Part shown: positions 25,934 to 39,137 of the stretch, piece by piece
Layout: each line of letters opens with the position of its first letter
How positions within the stretch are numbered: position 1 is the stretch's first letter
Assembly (NCBI GenBank): GCA_951406725.2
Contig: OX597818.1
Location: 34,410,001-34,474,000, forward strand
Origin: Octopus vulgaris
Taxonomy: Eukaryota
DNA: 64,000 nucleotides
Direction of reading: 5' to 3'
Position numbers and translations under genes: made by a program
The notes under the pieces: generated by a model
Database searches by the model: none
What the model was told of the DNA's origin: nothing
The model's input: only the letters and a program-made list of their open reading frames with translations

Positions 25934-27236
25934 TGCACGTATACAAACTCATACGCAGGCGCTTACACATCCGTTTTACACGCACACGGCGTAGACACGA
26001 CTAGATTACGCGCGATATCGACTGAAAGACGATGGCGGCAGCTAACAATACACAAAAGTTTGCATCCCCAATCGCTGGATGAAAACTGTTTATATTTGAA
26101 AAGAAAAGAAGGGAGAGGAATGATGAGTGTTGTAACCCTAACCCTGAAACCCTAACTAATCCTGACTCTAAGAACCCTAATCCTAAGAAGCAGTCTAACC
26201 CTAAGAAGGTAACCCTGAAACCCTAATCCTATCTATTTACATTATATAATTATTTACATAATTTCTGTGGAATTACATCTGAAAAAAGAGTTCACGGAGA
26301 AATTTTGGGGAAGACAAAACAACATAGTTAGTAGTCCCTAAAACCCTAACCCTAAAACCCTAAAACCCTAACTCTAAAACCTTAAAGCTAAAGAGGTTGA
26401 AAAGAAAAGGGAGGGGAATGATGAGTGTTTTGAGTGGAAGGAAGAGGGGAGGAAATAAATGTTATGTAGTTTCTTCTTTTTTAATCATTCCACCTCTTTC
26501 ACTGCGTTTAGAAGTAACTTATGGATGTAATGCATTGATAAGAAACTTGAAGAAAAAGAAGCACTCTAATATATATTTTGTGTGTGTTCAATGTGAAAAT
26601 CATAAAGTCGGCAGCTGGGAAGATTAGAAATGTTGTGTGCTAGAAAACGGAGAGACTTCGTGGAGGATATACACATTAAGTTAACTGTCACCGTTTACTT
26701 TTCTAATGCCGACTATCGGTAGTTCTTCTTCTTCTTCTTCTTCTTCTTCACACGCTGTCGCCATCGTCACCATCTCATGCGACAGTACCACCTCTGATGC
26801 CACCAATACCGACAACAACAACAACAACAACAACGACAGCAACAACAATATTGAAAACAGAACCAGTGTCTCCCGTGCTCCATCAGTGCTTCCAGAATCA
26901 CCTGTATTACCACTAGCCCCGCGAACAACCCTATCATCGCCACCACCGCTGACCCTGCAGCTTTCCAGCATCACCATCAACTCCACTACCGCCAACACCA
27001 ACACCGCTATCGTATCTGTTACTATCTTCTCTAGTAGTACCACCACTATTACCACAACTACCAACATCACAGGCAACTACAACGATAACAACCTCACTTC
27101 TACCACCATCTTTACCGTAACTACCAACACCTTTTCTGTCGCCTTCACTGACAACAGCACCACTTCCAACACCAGCACCAACACCAACACCAACACTGCC
27201 ACCGCCTCTATCATCTTCACTATTAATACAAGCATC

Positions 27237-30200
27237 ATGACTTCGGCAAGCATCTCTGTTCCGGTTAGGTTGATCGCTGTGATCACAATTGCTGTGATAC
27301 AATTTCTGGTCGCAGTGGGGACTGCATCGGCCCAGGATCTGTATGAAGGGGCTACACAGCAGTTACCTTCTGCATCAGCATCTTTTGACTCGGTTGACAA
27401 CAGAACAGAAGAAGAAGCAGCGACCCTGCTGGTTCTATTACCACAAGAAAACTCCACGTTAGTTACTACCGACCAACCAGAACACACAGACGTCACAATT
27501 TTAGATGAATCCATTTTAACGACACAGCTTCAAGAAATATCCTCTGTCTCACAAAGAAGCCAACCAGCTGATATTCATACTCGTGAAAATAACGAGAAGA
27601 AAAGCATTGACAAAAATGGTCAGGTTACGGATATTACCCAGAAGAGAATTGTCGTTGACAAAAGCGATAGTAAGATCGTTGTACAAGCAGACAGAGATAT
27701 AGCTGTCGCCAAAAATGACAGTTTTAGGAATGTTGGCTTAGGTTAAAGAAAAAAAGGATTAAAGAAAGACCTTAAAAGAAAAGGAACCAATAATTTTCAA
27801 AAGCGATCTGGATATTTTACAACAGCAATTAAAGCGCCAAAACCAAGAACTCGCTGATCTTCGGATGCGTCTTTCTGAAAGTGACATCGCTTTGATTGAT
27901 ATAGAAACGAAGTTCTACAAATACTTACAAACGGAAAGGTTGGTGTCAGACGGCACGGAACACGATAGGAATATTTTAAAGCAACGACTCTCTAATCAAG
28001 ATACCAAACTGAAGCAAATACCGAGCTTGTTCGATTGTCAAAACAGTTTTCCTATGAAAACTGACTTCGATATTTTTCGAAATCAAGTGGAAGATAACTT
28101 GAAGTCGATATTAAAAGAATTGGATTATCTTCGAGCCTGGCGTCAAGATTATTTGAAACAAACAACAGAGTTAGCTGCGACTGAAACTTTTGAAAATACT
28201 TTTCAGTCTGCCTCCGTGCCCAGTGAACAATCTGAAACTGACAAATTCAAAGAGATTAAGGATAACAGTTCTATGGATTTACAAAAAAATACGAGCAAAG
28301 TTTTCGAGAACTTAAGTTTGGAAAATAACTCAATATCGAAACATACGTTCGGAGCACATCTGAAACATGATTTCTCAAACATAACGTCACAAACAGACGA
28401 CATTACTGCGTCTACAGGAACTTTTAATATCACTGAAGACAAGGAAATTGAAGAATTTGTGTACCTCGAAAAGCTATTACAGGAAATAAACCAAAAAGTA
28501 GATACTTCACACACACGCATTGATAACCTGGAAGAAAACATGATACTATCTATGGAGAATGTTTCACAAATATTAAGCTTATCGCAAGAATTTTTAAACG
28601 GAAATATTACGTTTCTCCAATTTCAGATTAACCAAATTTTTGCTCGACTTGAATCAAAACAAAATCAGTCTGAAATTAATATTTATTATGAAGAGCTTAA
28701 ACCAAATTTTACTAGACTTATTAATGAAGTTTATGAGGAACTGAAGACAAGAAACACCATCGAGCGAGGTTACAATGACACGGCAGATACCTATGTTTTA
28801 CCTTTAAAAAACAGTTCTAAAGTTGTTGAAAACGTAAGCAGACCATTGGACTATACCATTAATGCAAGCTTGAATTTTACCAATATTTCTCAAATAAATG
28901 GAGAAGAAGCATACAGCGATTTCTCTTCTGAATTGATTAGTGTTAAGCAAAATTTTACTGAACTTTACCGCAAGGTTGAAAATGTTGGTTCCAACTATGC
29001 TGGTGTTTCTCAACGCCTAGATCGTTTTTCCCGCCAGTTGTCTTCCATTATGACACGGCTTGAACAGGATACGGATCACCAGAATGGATTATCTTTGAAT
29101 AAATTATCACTCAAAAGTAAAAGCGTTTCGAGTCACTTAGATGTTTTAAACGAAGATTATAAGAAAGATGTAGGAAACTTGGATTCTAAACAAAGTACTG
29201 AATTGAAATCAAATGAAAGTTTCTTCCAAAGTACAGAGTATTTACAATCGACATATTTTCCCAATACGTCAAAAACTTTCCAAAATAAAACCGAAGATAA
29301 ACTATTCAAATGGATATCTAGAAATTTCTTTAGAAATATAACTTCTGATGAGTTTTTAACACTTTCGGATATTTCTGAGACAAGTAAGACAGGCGAAAAT
29401 GCTTTGTGTTATAATTTCTCAGATATAAACGATTCAAATTCTGAAGTGTCAATATTGAAAACCTTTTTGGAACATTTAGGATCTATGTTAATAGAAGTTA
29501 AAAACCATTTAAATATAATGTGTTCTGAAACGAACCGAACATCGGATCGTTCCGAGAAAGAAACGACGATAAATTCTTCTAGTGTTGAGAGCGAAACATT
29601 TTACGAGAATATTTCAGAAAATTCAACAACTTCTGAGAACATTACTTTTCCAGACGACTATTTTGACACTCGAGGGAACTCTACGTTTTTGTCGTCTATT
29701 AAAAGTACCCATGGAGGAATAAAACACAATATAACTAAAAATCATTCTGCACTCCATAATTCTACTTTGCATAGCTTTGAAGAAGTAGAAGGAAAAGAAA
29801 ACAAAACCGTCGTGGAATTGGAGCAATATATGTTTTCTTTAGATGATATGGAAAATGAAACTTTACCTGGACATAATTTTTCTGGAGTACCTCATTCAAA
29901 ACATTTGGAACGTATCTACTTTGAAATTAAAACCCTTAGTTTAAGGATTGACGTACTTGAAAATAAACTTCTTTTGTCGAATAAGGAGCCTTTTGCAGAC
30001 ATGGAAGCAAACGAAACTATTCCTTTCGCTCAAAGCGAATACAGAGGGTCAGGATCTTTAGATTCAGAGCTTACTGAGGACCATGATGTTTTACAAAACT
30101 TAATTTCTAACCTAACTCAAATTCAGAAACGCTTCGAATGCTTAAATTCAAATGTGCAGCTCCAAGAAAAGCAATTGTCAAGTGTGAAAATGAATATGTT

Positions 30201-30556
30201 TAAATTAAACGAGAGAGTTGAGCATTTCACTCAGGAAAATTCAGGACGACAGACCGAAAGCATTATGTTGGCTGTTGAAAACACTAAAGATGATATAAGT
30301 AAACTTATTGAAGATATGTCCGAAATATCACACCAGGTTTCATCATTTTCAGAGCTGAATTTAACTGATACTCTTAGAAATGTACAGTGCCATTTAGAAG
30401 AACATCAAACAGAGATAAGGAATCTGAAAGAAGTAATGGAATACCAAAATGAAAATAAATCGATGGTTTTCTGGAAACGGCAACCTGTTGAGGAAAAAAT
30501 ATTATACGTTGGTGTCCAGGAGCATAAACGACAAAAGGATTTGAACAAAACAATTG
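27237..30556 (+). CDS. Large first coding exon of a putative secreted coiled-coil glycoprotein of unknown family (~1087 aa after removing 27727-27784)
   Basis: M27237 starts MTSASISVPVRLIAVITIAVIQFLVAVGTASA|QD (signal-peptide-like); ~2.8 kb open non-repetitive frame; heptad-like L/I/E/K/Q stretches; roughly 40 N-x-S/T sequons; ends at the donor G|GTAAGT (phase 1). An upstream in-frame ATG at 26706 adds a low-complexity S/T/N extension. Confidence 0.8.
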
Positions 30557-30759
30557 GTAAGTTCACTTATTTTCATTTTACCGTAAAATGTATTTATCAA
30601 TCTATTATCATAAGGGTTTTATGTGTGTATACATACATACATGCATACACACATACATACATACATACATACATACGTACGTACGTACGTACATACATAC
30701 ATACATACATACATACATACATACATACATACATACATACATACATACACACACACACA

Positions 30760-30809
<50 letters not shown>

Positions 30810-30945
30810 AGGGTAAGGGCTGAAAAGTTCGTGGCTTTGAAAAGTGAAAACAAGAGGATCAGTTAATTATGATTTTATTCAACACATTCTCCCCTCAGAT
30901 TTACACACTTATTGCAACGGTCCTTCAGTTTTCTAAGCCCTATAA
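30810..30945 (-). mobile_element. mariner 3' end fragment
   Basis: Minus strand GLRKLKDRCNKCVNLRGECVE* followed by a TIR-like end. Confidence 0.6.
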
Positions 30946-31468
30946 AGGAACTGGGAAGGTTGGGCCTCCAACCAGTCCTTTCGCAACAGCCTTAAACCTA
31001 GGAACTTTTCAGCACCTCCTGGTGTATATGTATGTATATATATATATATATATATATATGCGAGAACACCTAAAAAGCTCTACGAGGCTCCGGCAGGGAG
31101 TGATGGCGATCCCTGTTGTACTCTTTCGCCACAACTTTCTCTCACTCTTTCTTCTGTTGGCCTGCTCACTTAGCCAGCGGGGTGGCGTCATTTGAAGGCT
31201 AAAATAATGCGAAGCGCATTGTGACCAGCGATGTGTAGCAACATCTGATGGCCTGGGCGGTCACGGTGATCACGGTGATATATATATATATATACATAAT
31301 TCATTCATTTAAAATTTATATTTCCATTTTTGTTATATTTTTAATTTTTATTTGATTATGAGTATGAATACGTGTAAAAAATTGTCTTACTAACGTGTCT
31401 GAATTTATATATATGTATATTAGGTGCCCCAATATGACCCCAGTTTGTGTATGATGCATATCACAAAC

Positions 31469-31800
<332 letters not shown>

Positions 31801-32028
31801 TGTAAAAACGTATTTGTGCATGTATGTATATAAATATGTATACATGTGTTTATATACTTATGCAGGTTATTTTTCATTTTGTATTTATTGGAATTATTCT
31901 TGTAAAGACAATCTGGTTTCTAAAAGAGAAACAAAGTTCCATCACTAGAATTTTGTTAACAACAACGTTGGGGAGACATAAGTTGTATCTTAGAAAAGTC
32001 TTGCATATTTTTATTCTTCCGCTTGCAG

Positions 32029-32072
32029 ATTGTAAATGGAAAATGTTCCTTAGCTGGTTACGTTCCCTGTAG
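32029..32072 (+). CDS. Candidate terminal exon of the 27.2-kb gene
   Basis: Strong acceptor TTTTTATTCTTCCGCTTGCAG; phase-1 join gives DCKWKMFLSWLRSL*; AATAAA at 32112. Confidence 0.3.
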
Positions 32073-32610
32073 ATTACCACTTAAGCATTTAGCTAGGTAG
32101 CCAAGTTCAACAATAAACACAGCTATTTGTAATCTGATTAGAGAAGTTGCAGTAATCTATAACTGTTCTCTTCATCGACGATTATGATACAGGTTTCTAT
32201 ATCTTCAGAGTAGCTTACTGTCTGTAACAGTAGAAAACTTTTATTTTCTGTCCCAAATGATTATAACAGGCCGGTTATGTTTGTATTTAGTGGATGTTTT
32301 GATAGGAATGTCCCATTAACGTAAACTGTGTTGATACGTATATATATAGGCAGAAATGGAGAGAATGAGATAGATAGAAAGAGCGAAAGAGAGAGGGGAA
32401 GAGAAAGAAAGAAAGGAAGTGGTATGAACTCAACAATAGATCTGTGTTTTCTGTATTACACTTCGTACACACATGGTTGCAGGTTCAGTCCCACTGCATG
32501 GCAACTTAGATAAGTAACTTCTACTATAGCCTCGGGCCGACCAAAACCTCGTGAATGGATTTTGTAGACGGAAGCTGAATGAAGCCCGTCGTATATATAT
32601 ACACATATAT

Positions 32611-32665
<55 letters not shown>

Positions 32666-32794
32666 CTGGACGAAACCACGCGTCCAGTGGGTAAATCCAT
32701 CCGCCTACGGGATCGGCTACAAAACCCTCGATACACGGATCATAACCTCACCTAAACGGCCGGTATTTTCGAGTGGTCGGTGCCACCTTGCACC

Positions 32795-33200
32795 ACAGGA
32801 GTGGCTGTGTGGTAAGTAGTTTGCTTACCAACCAAATGGTTCCGGGTTCAGTCCCACTGCGTAGCACGTTAGGCAAGTGTTTCTACTATAGCCTCGGGCC
32901 GACTAAAGCCTTGTGAGTGGATTTGGTAGACGGAAACTGAAAGAAGCCCGTCGTCTGTATGTATATATATATCTGTATGTGTATGTGTGTGTTCGTGTGT
33001 CTGTGTTTGTCTCCCCAACATCGCTTGACAACCGATGTTGATGTGTTTATGTCCCCGTAACTTAGCGGTTCGGCAAAAGAGACCGATAGAATAAGTACTA
33101 GGTTTACAAAGAATAAGTCCTGGTGTCGAGTTGCTCGACTAAAGGCGGTGCTCGAGCATGGCCGCAGTCAAATGACTGAAACAAGCAAAAGAGTAAAGAG
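32795..33200 (+). mobile_element. SINE family A, full length
   Basis: tRNA-like head, central body, microsatellite and 3' tail ..GCAGTCAAATGACTGAAACAAG. Confidence 0.9.
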
Positions 33201-33589
33201 TATATATATGTATGTATGTATTATGTATGTATGTATGTATGTATGTATGTATGTATGTATATATTCATGTGTGTGTGTCTTTGTGCCTGTGTTTGTCCCC
33301 CACCCACAATCGCTTGACAACCGATATTGGTGTGTTTACGTTGCGTAACTTAGCGGTTCGGCAAAAACAGACTGATGGAAAACGTACCTGGCTTACAAAG
33401 ATTAAGGTCAGGGATCGATTTCTTCGACTGAAAAAAAAAAACCCTTTTAAGGCGATGCTCCAGCATGGCCGCAGTCAAATGACTGAAACAAGTAAAAATC
33501 TAAAAGAATAAGCACTTGAAACAGCCTTATTCTAAGATATCTGTGTGTATAACACATGATATATATATATATATATATATATATATCCT

Positions 33590-33791
33590 TAAATCTTTAA
33601 AAAATGTTTTAGCCCGAAGGCCGCGGCCATGCTGGGGCTCCACCGCTGAATGAGCTACAGTAATATGTGAATCCACCTCTGATACGTGGCACTTGATCAA
33701 CAAGGGAGTTCGATGCTGTTGCAGTATCTGGTCCTGTATTTTGATGGTGATGTTGTAATCTTTGGCACCATGCAGTGGCGCCCCGTTCTGC

Positions 33792-33793
<2 letters not shown>
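33590..33793 (-). mobile_element. CR1/L2-group LINE 3' end
   Basis: Minus strand (frameshifted) RHCMVPKI...RTRYCNS / ATASNSLVDQV, then a tail GGTGGAGCCCCAGCATGGCCGCGGCC..GCTAAAACA resembling the SINE A tail. Confidence 0.55.
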
Positions 33794-33833
<40 letters not shown>

Positions 33834-33869
33834 AGCGTGGAAAAGCACCAACAGATATATTTTGTCATA

Positions 33870-34213
33870 CTTCTTACTTGTTTCAGCAAATCGACCCCAG
33901 GACTTACTCTTTGCAAGCCTAGTACTTACTCTATCGGTCTCTTTTGCCGAACCGCTAATTTACGGGGACATAAACACACCAGCATCGGCTGTCATGCGAT
34001 GTTGGGGGGACAAACACAGACACACATATATATACATATACATATATATACGACGGGCTTCTTTCAGTTTCCGTCTACCAAATCCACTCACAAGGCTTTG
34101 GTCGGCCCGAGGCTATAGTAGAAGACACTTGCCCAAGGTGCCACGCAGTGGGACTGAACCCGGAGCCATGTGGTTGGTAGGCAAGCTACTTCCCACACAG
34201 CCACTCCTGCGCC
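33870..34213 (-). mobile_element. SINE family A
   Basis: Reverse-complement match to full copies. Confidence 0.85.
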
Positions 34214-35149
34214 TATTTACCACAGGAGTGACCGTGTGGTAAGTAGCTGCCTACCAACCACATGGCTCCGTGTTGAAAAACACAGTGTTTCGACATGATT
34301 TGATCACCTCAGTACCAAATATCCTGGATGTTCTGAGCCAAGCCTAAATGCTTGTTCCTATAGCTATATATTTAGGCTCTGTTATTTGACTTTCTTTTAA
34401 GGATCTCTTATAAACTTGGAATTGGTCTCTGAGTAAATAACACAATTTCTGAGTAAATAACTCAATTTCTCGTATTGAAATTTAGTCGGCAGCATAAATG
34501 AAAACTATGTAATGGACCTCAGCAAAGTTTTGGCTCTTTGTTGCAACCTCACTTACGTATTGAGATTACAAGTTCCATCTTCAGTTCTCTTTTATATTTG
34601 TAAAATTTATTATTGCTTAAATATTTGGGGACATAAACAAATATGTCGATGTTTATAGATACATAATATGCTCATATGGCTACAGGTGCTGTTTAAATCT
34701 GAGTTAACCATGGTCGTAGAGAACTGTGATGAAAGACAAGTTCGACTCTATTGGCAAAAAATCTTGAAATAAACTGAATAATGGCATACATAAATAAAGC
34801 ATAAAAATCTGCACATACATACATACATACATACATACATACATACATACATACATACATACATACATACATGCACATACATACATACATACATACATAC
34901 ATACATACATACATACACATACATACATACATACATACATACATACATACATACATACATACATACATACATACATACATACATACATACATACATACAT
35001 ACATACATACAAAAATACGCTGTCGTTGATGTTGAAATTCCAATGAAAGAACCTTGGAGCTAGGTTAGAAAAAGTTTCTTTCTCTATTGGCAAAAAATCT
35101 TGAAATAAACTGAATAATGGCATACATACATAAAACATAAAAATCTGCA

Positions 35150-35395
35150 CATACATACATGATGGCTGACCCCTCGTTATCGAGTATGGCCATTGCACGA
35201 AGCTTAACTATTATTGGTGCTGTGATCGAATGTGACATTTTAGCCCAGCTAAAGATTTACAATGTCTTGTAGAGAATTGGCAACTAAAACCTTTACCGGC
35301 AATGGCCGGCTGTAGTTGTAACTGGGCTTCATGTACCTTTGCATGCCGTTTAAGTCCTCCTGCCGAATTACACTCTCTTCCACATGCCTGGCGGA
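35150..35395 (-). mobile_element. RTE-type LINE 3' end with degraded C2H2-like fingers and an (ATGT)n tail
   Basis: ACGRECNSAGGLKRHAKVH...CQF..RHCKSLAGLKCHIRS; 3' UTR nearly identical to 58316-58365. Confidence 0.65.
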
Positions 35396-35467
35396 TACAT
35401 ACATGCATACATACATACATACATACATACATACATACATACATACATACATACATACATACATACA

Positions 35468-35499
<32 letters not shown>

Positions 35500-35544
35500 C
35501 ATACGTACATATGTGCGTACGTACGTACATATGTACGTACATAT

Positions 35545-35860
35545 ATGGCATCCCGTAAGTTACAACGATGGTTCAAGTTGATCCAATCAACGGAACAGCT
35601 GCTCACGAAATTAATGTGCAAGTTGCTGAGTAGTCCACAGGCACACGTTCCCTTAACGTAAATCTCAGGGAGATTCAACATGGCACAGAATGTGACAAGG
35701 CTGGCCTTTGAATTTCTGGTACTACTCACTTCTGTCAGCTGAAGTGGGAAACGTGAAATAAATTGTCTTATTGAAGGGCACAATGCGCCGAAGGGAATCG
35801 AACACACGACTTTATGATTGCGACTCGATTACTCTAACCACTGAGCCATGCACCTTCACG
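35545..35860 (-). mobile_element. tRNA-derived SINE (family D-like)
   Basis: Minus strand TGGCTCAGTGGTTAGAG...GTTCGATTCCC head. Confidence 0.65.
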
Positions 35861-36035
35861 TACATACATATATACATACATACTTGCTGGATTTGTATAT
35901 TATGTCTGTGAGTGGAATGTATAAAACTCTATAGTATCAACACTGCACTTTGTACTGCACACATACAGACAAATAGAAACACGCCTACAGACATACGCAC
36001 ACACACACATATATACACATGCGTATACACACTTG

Positions 36036-36076
<41 letters not shown>

Positions 36077-36669
36077 GCATGTACACTCGCTTTTATGTAC
36101 ACGCAAACTCACGCGACGAACCAGTAAATTTTCTTTGACTACGAGCAGCTGTTTATCACAGATATACATCTATTTAGTAAGATTTGTTTTCCGCAATATT
36201 TACCAATAATGTTTTGGTTGGCAGTTAGAATGAACAAGAAAAACATTTCGACGTAGCTTATACTTCTTTTTTTTTCTTCTTTTTAATTCATTGCCAGCTC
36301 TTGTTGCACTTACCGAGCGCCGCTTTGTGTATCTTGGATACGTGCAACACTGTAGGTTTTATATTTTAATTTTTGTATACTATTCCAGTCATGGGCAAAC
36401 TGCGGCGCGCGGGACTTATTGAACGGCACGCCTAAATAAAAATTACCTTCAATTTTGTTTAGTAGTGTGTCTCGCCTGATCATAATTTATGTCTGAAAAC
36501 AGTTCACCTGTGCTTGTATTGTTCTATTGAAAGTACTCAGCACAGTATCTTTGACGTGACCTGTAGTGATATTTTCTGCATGTTGAGTCTATTTGTAAAT
36601 CCCGGCTTTTAGGCTATGTATTTGTCCGCACCATTCTTCATTATTTATGATTTCTATTATCATCTTTAT

Positions 36670-37276
36670 CAGTGTTTCGCAACCATTCTTTAACTATGGA
36701 CCCTTTTGATTCCAACGATACCCTCCTAGTCATTCTATGTTTAAAAAATCCTATTATGTTTCTATGATCAAATGATATTAGGAATTGTATAAAAATAATT
36801 TTTTAAATGTTTTGTGTATTACCCTTTACTCTCTTTTACTTGTTTCAGTCATTTGATTGCGGCCATGCTGGAGCACCGGCTTTAGTCGAGCAAATCGACC
36901 CCAGGACTTATTCTTTGTATGCCTAGTACTTATTCTATCGGCATCTTTTGCCGAACCGCTAAGTTACGGGGACGTAAACATATGAGCATCGGTTATCAAG
37001 CGATGTTGGGGGGACAAACACAGACACACAAACATATACACACACACATACATATATACGTATATACATATATAGGACGGGATTCTTTCAGTTTCCGTCT
37101 ACCAAATCCGCTCACAAGGCTTTGGTCGGCTCGAGGATATAGTAGAAGATACTTGCCCAAGGTGCCACGCAGTGGGACTGAAACCGGAACCATGTGGTTG
37201 GTGAGCAAGCCACTTACCTAACAGCCACTCCTGACATAACAACAAAATCTGTATGGACCCCGGTTGAAAACCATTG
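36670..37276. mobile_element. hAT-type MITE containing a SINE A insertion (36823-37233, minus)
   Basis: Imperfect TIRs CAGTGTTTCGCAACC / GGTTGAAAACCATTG; 8-bp TSD-like ATCTTTAT / ATCTATAT. Confidence 0.7.
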
Positions 37277-37774
37277 ATCTATATTATTAGTTTCGGCTTT
37301 CAGTTTATCTCCATTTCCCCGCCGCTATATTTGGTTGACTCACCGGATTTGTGAAATGACATATTAACATTTGTTGGGACTGATACCTCGAGGAGAAGAC
37401 ATTTCTGTTTTTTCAGGATCTCTAACAGTGACGAGTTTACTAACCTTGATCTCTCTGTCTGTGTGGTGGACTAGTATATCTCGGAATATAGATGTTTTGT
37501 CGGCCCTGTGAGATCGCTTCCGGTGACTGTTTGTATCATCTCTTTCTGTAATTCATAACTCTATCGAAATTTGATAAAGCGGTCAAAACTCTGTAAAACC
37601 CCCAACTCTATCAGGCCTGAAAACGTATTCTTTCTTGGCTAAGACTGGACAGTTAAAGGCAATGTGGTTAATTGTTTCGTCACAACCTTCCAGGTATTCT
37701 GCAGTTGCGCATTGTATTCTACTCTATTACACGCAAAGTTCAAAGGCCGACCATGATGCTCTCATGGGCTGTGA

Positions 37775-38665
37775 CCAAACGTGGTTTATTTTTCAACATA
37801 GCCCCAATTTGTGGTCCATACACTTCTTCCATCGGTGTTGCAGTGCTTAGATCCCATTGTTGACGAAGTTTTCATCATGTTGGTCAGAAAGGTCAGCAAT
37901 CACAGATATGACGTCATCGTCACTGCGACACTGCTTCCCAGCCAGGTATCTTTACATGTTGGGGAACAGACGATAGTCAGTTGAGGGGAAACTCAGGAGA
38001 ATAAGAACGATGATCAGCCAACCAGTTCAAAGCCAGAGTCAACATAGCAGGCATTGAAACCAAGTGCTGAAATATTGTCCGTCAGTTTTCCTGGATATTT
38101 AGTCTTGATAACCTTTCGTAACTGCCTCAGCAAGCTATCATAGTCTCCTTTGATGCTGTGGCCCTTTTGAAAATAGTCAATGAACACAATGCCTTTTACA
38201 TCCCAAAAAACCGAGGCTGTCACCTTCCCTGCAGATGAAACGACTTTGGTCTTCTTTACAGCAGGTGAGGAGAGTGTTTCCACTGCATAGATTGTATCTT
38301 TGTGTCTGGCTAAAAGTGATGACGGCAACACTCATCCTGGGTTATAAACATTTGAGGAAACTAGTTGGATCTGCCTCAAACAATGTCATATTTCCTGTGA
38401 TATGATCAGCCTGGTTCTTTTTTGATCAGGTGTCAGAAGATGTGGAACCCACCAAGCAGAAACCTTCATCATGTTAAGTTCATTGTGCAGAATATTCTCA
38501 ATTCTCTCACGGAATGTGCTAACAGTATTGGTTATTTGACTTATAGTGAATGACCATGTGGTGAACATGATCGATGTTTTTACCATGATGGCAGTTTCAG
38601 GATGTCCAGTCCTTGGGTCATCTTTAAGGTTCTCCCTTCTCCTAAATGCAGCTGCCCACTTTTAT
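37775..38665 (-). pseudogene. mariner transposase remnant
   Basis: WVPHLLTPDQK, SAGKV.ASVFWD.KG...IDY, DY.LFP.., RWKKC motifs in order; many lesions. Confidence 0.88.
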
Positions 38666-39088
38666 ATTGTTGATATAAAATTATTTACTAATTTATAAAT
38701 TTATTAATTTATTAATTTCTAGGCGTGAAAATACTAATTTTACTACGGAAATAATTAAAATCTAAAACAAATATAAATACCTATCGGCCGCAGCAACCCG
38801 CGATGTACTAAAGAGTACGCGATATAAATTTACATATATTAGCCAGAAAAATCCGCGATGTACTGAGGGCGCGATAGGTGAACCGCGATATGGCGAGTGA
38901 TAACCGCACATTGATAAAGATCATGGTCTCCTAAAATTAAAACATTACCCGAAATGAAGTGGAGAAACTGCTTTTAGCCCAAAGCTTTTGCACTTTTGCG
39001 GACTTTCACTCTGGTTTACTTTCTCAATTGAACCTTGAGGAATATTAGCCATTACGTGGTTTTTCTCTAATGTCTTTGCTTTGTTTTT

Positions 39089-39137
<49 letters not shown>

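Noticed and set aside
26131-26395. Genuine telomere or chromosome fusion scar
   Set aside because: Degenerate, matches the MITE interior at 45553-45710, and is interleaved with other fragments from 46 kb.
30557-30810. C-terminal part of the 981-aa ORF
   Set aside because: Read-through past a strong GTAAGT donor into intronic (CATA)n/(CA)n.
37417-37511. Candidate exon giving a hydrophobic C-terminal tail
   Set aside because: Plausible acceptor only; no independent support.
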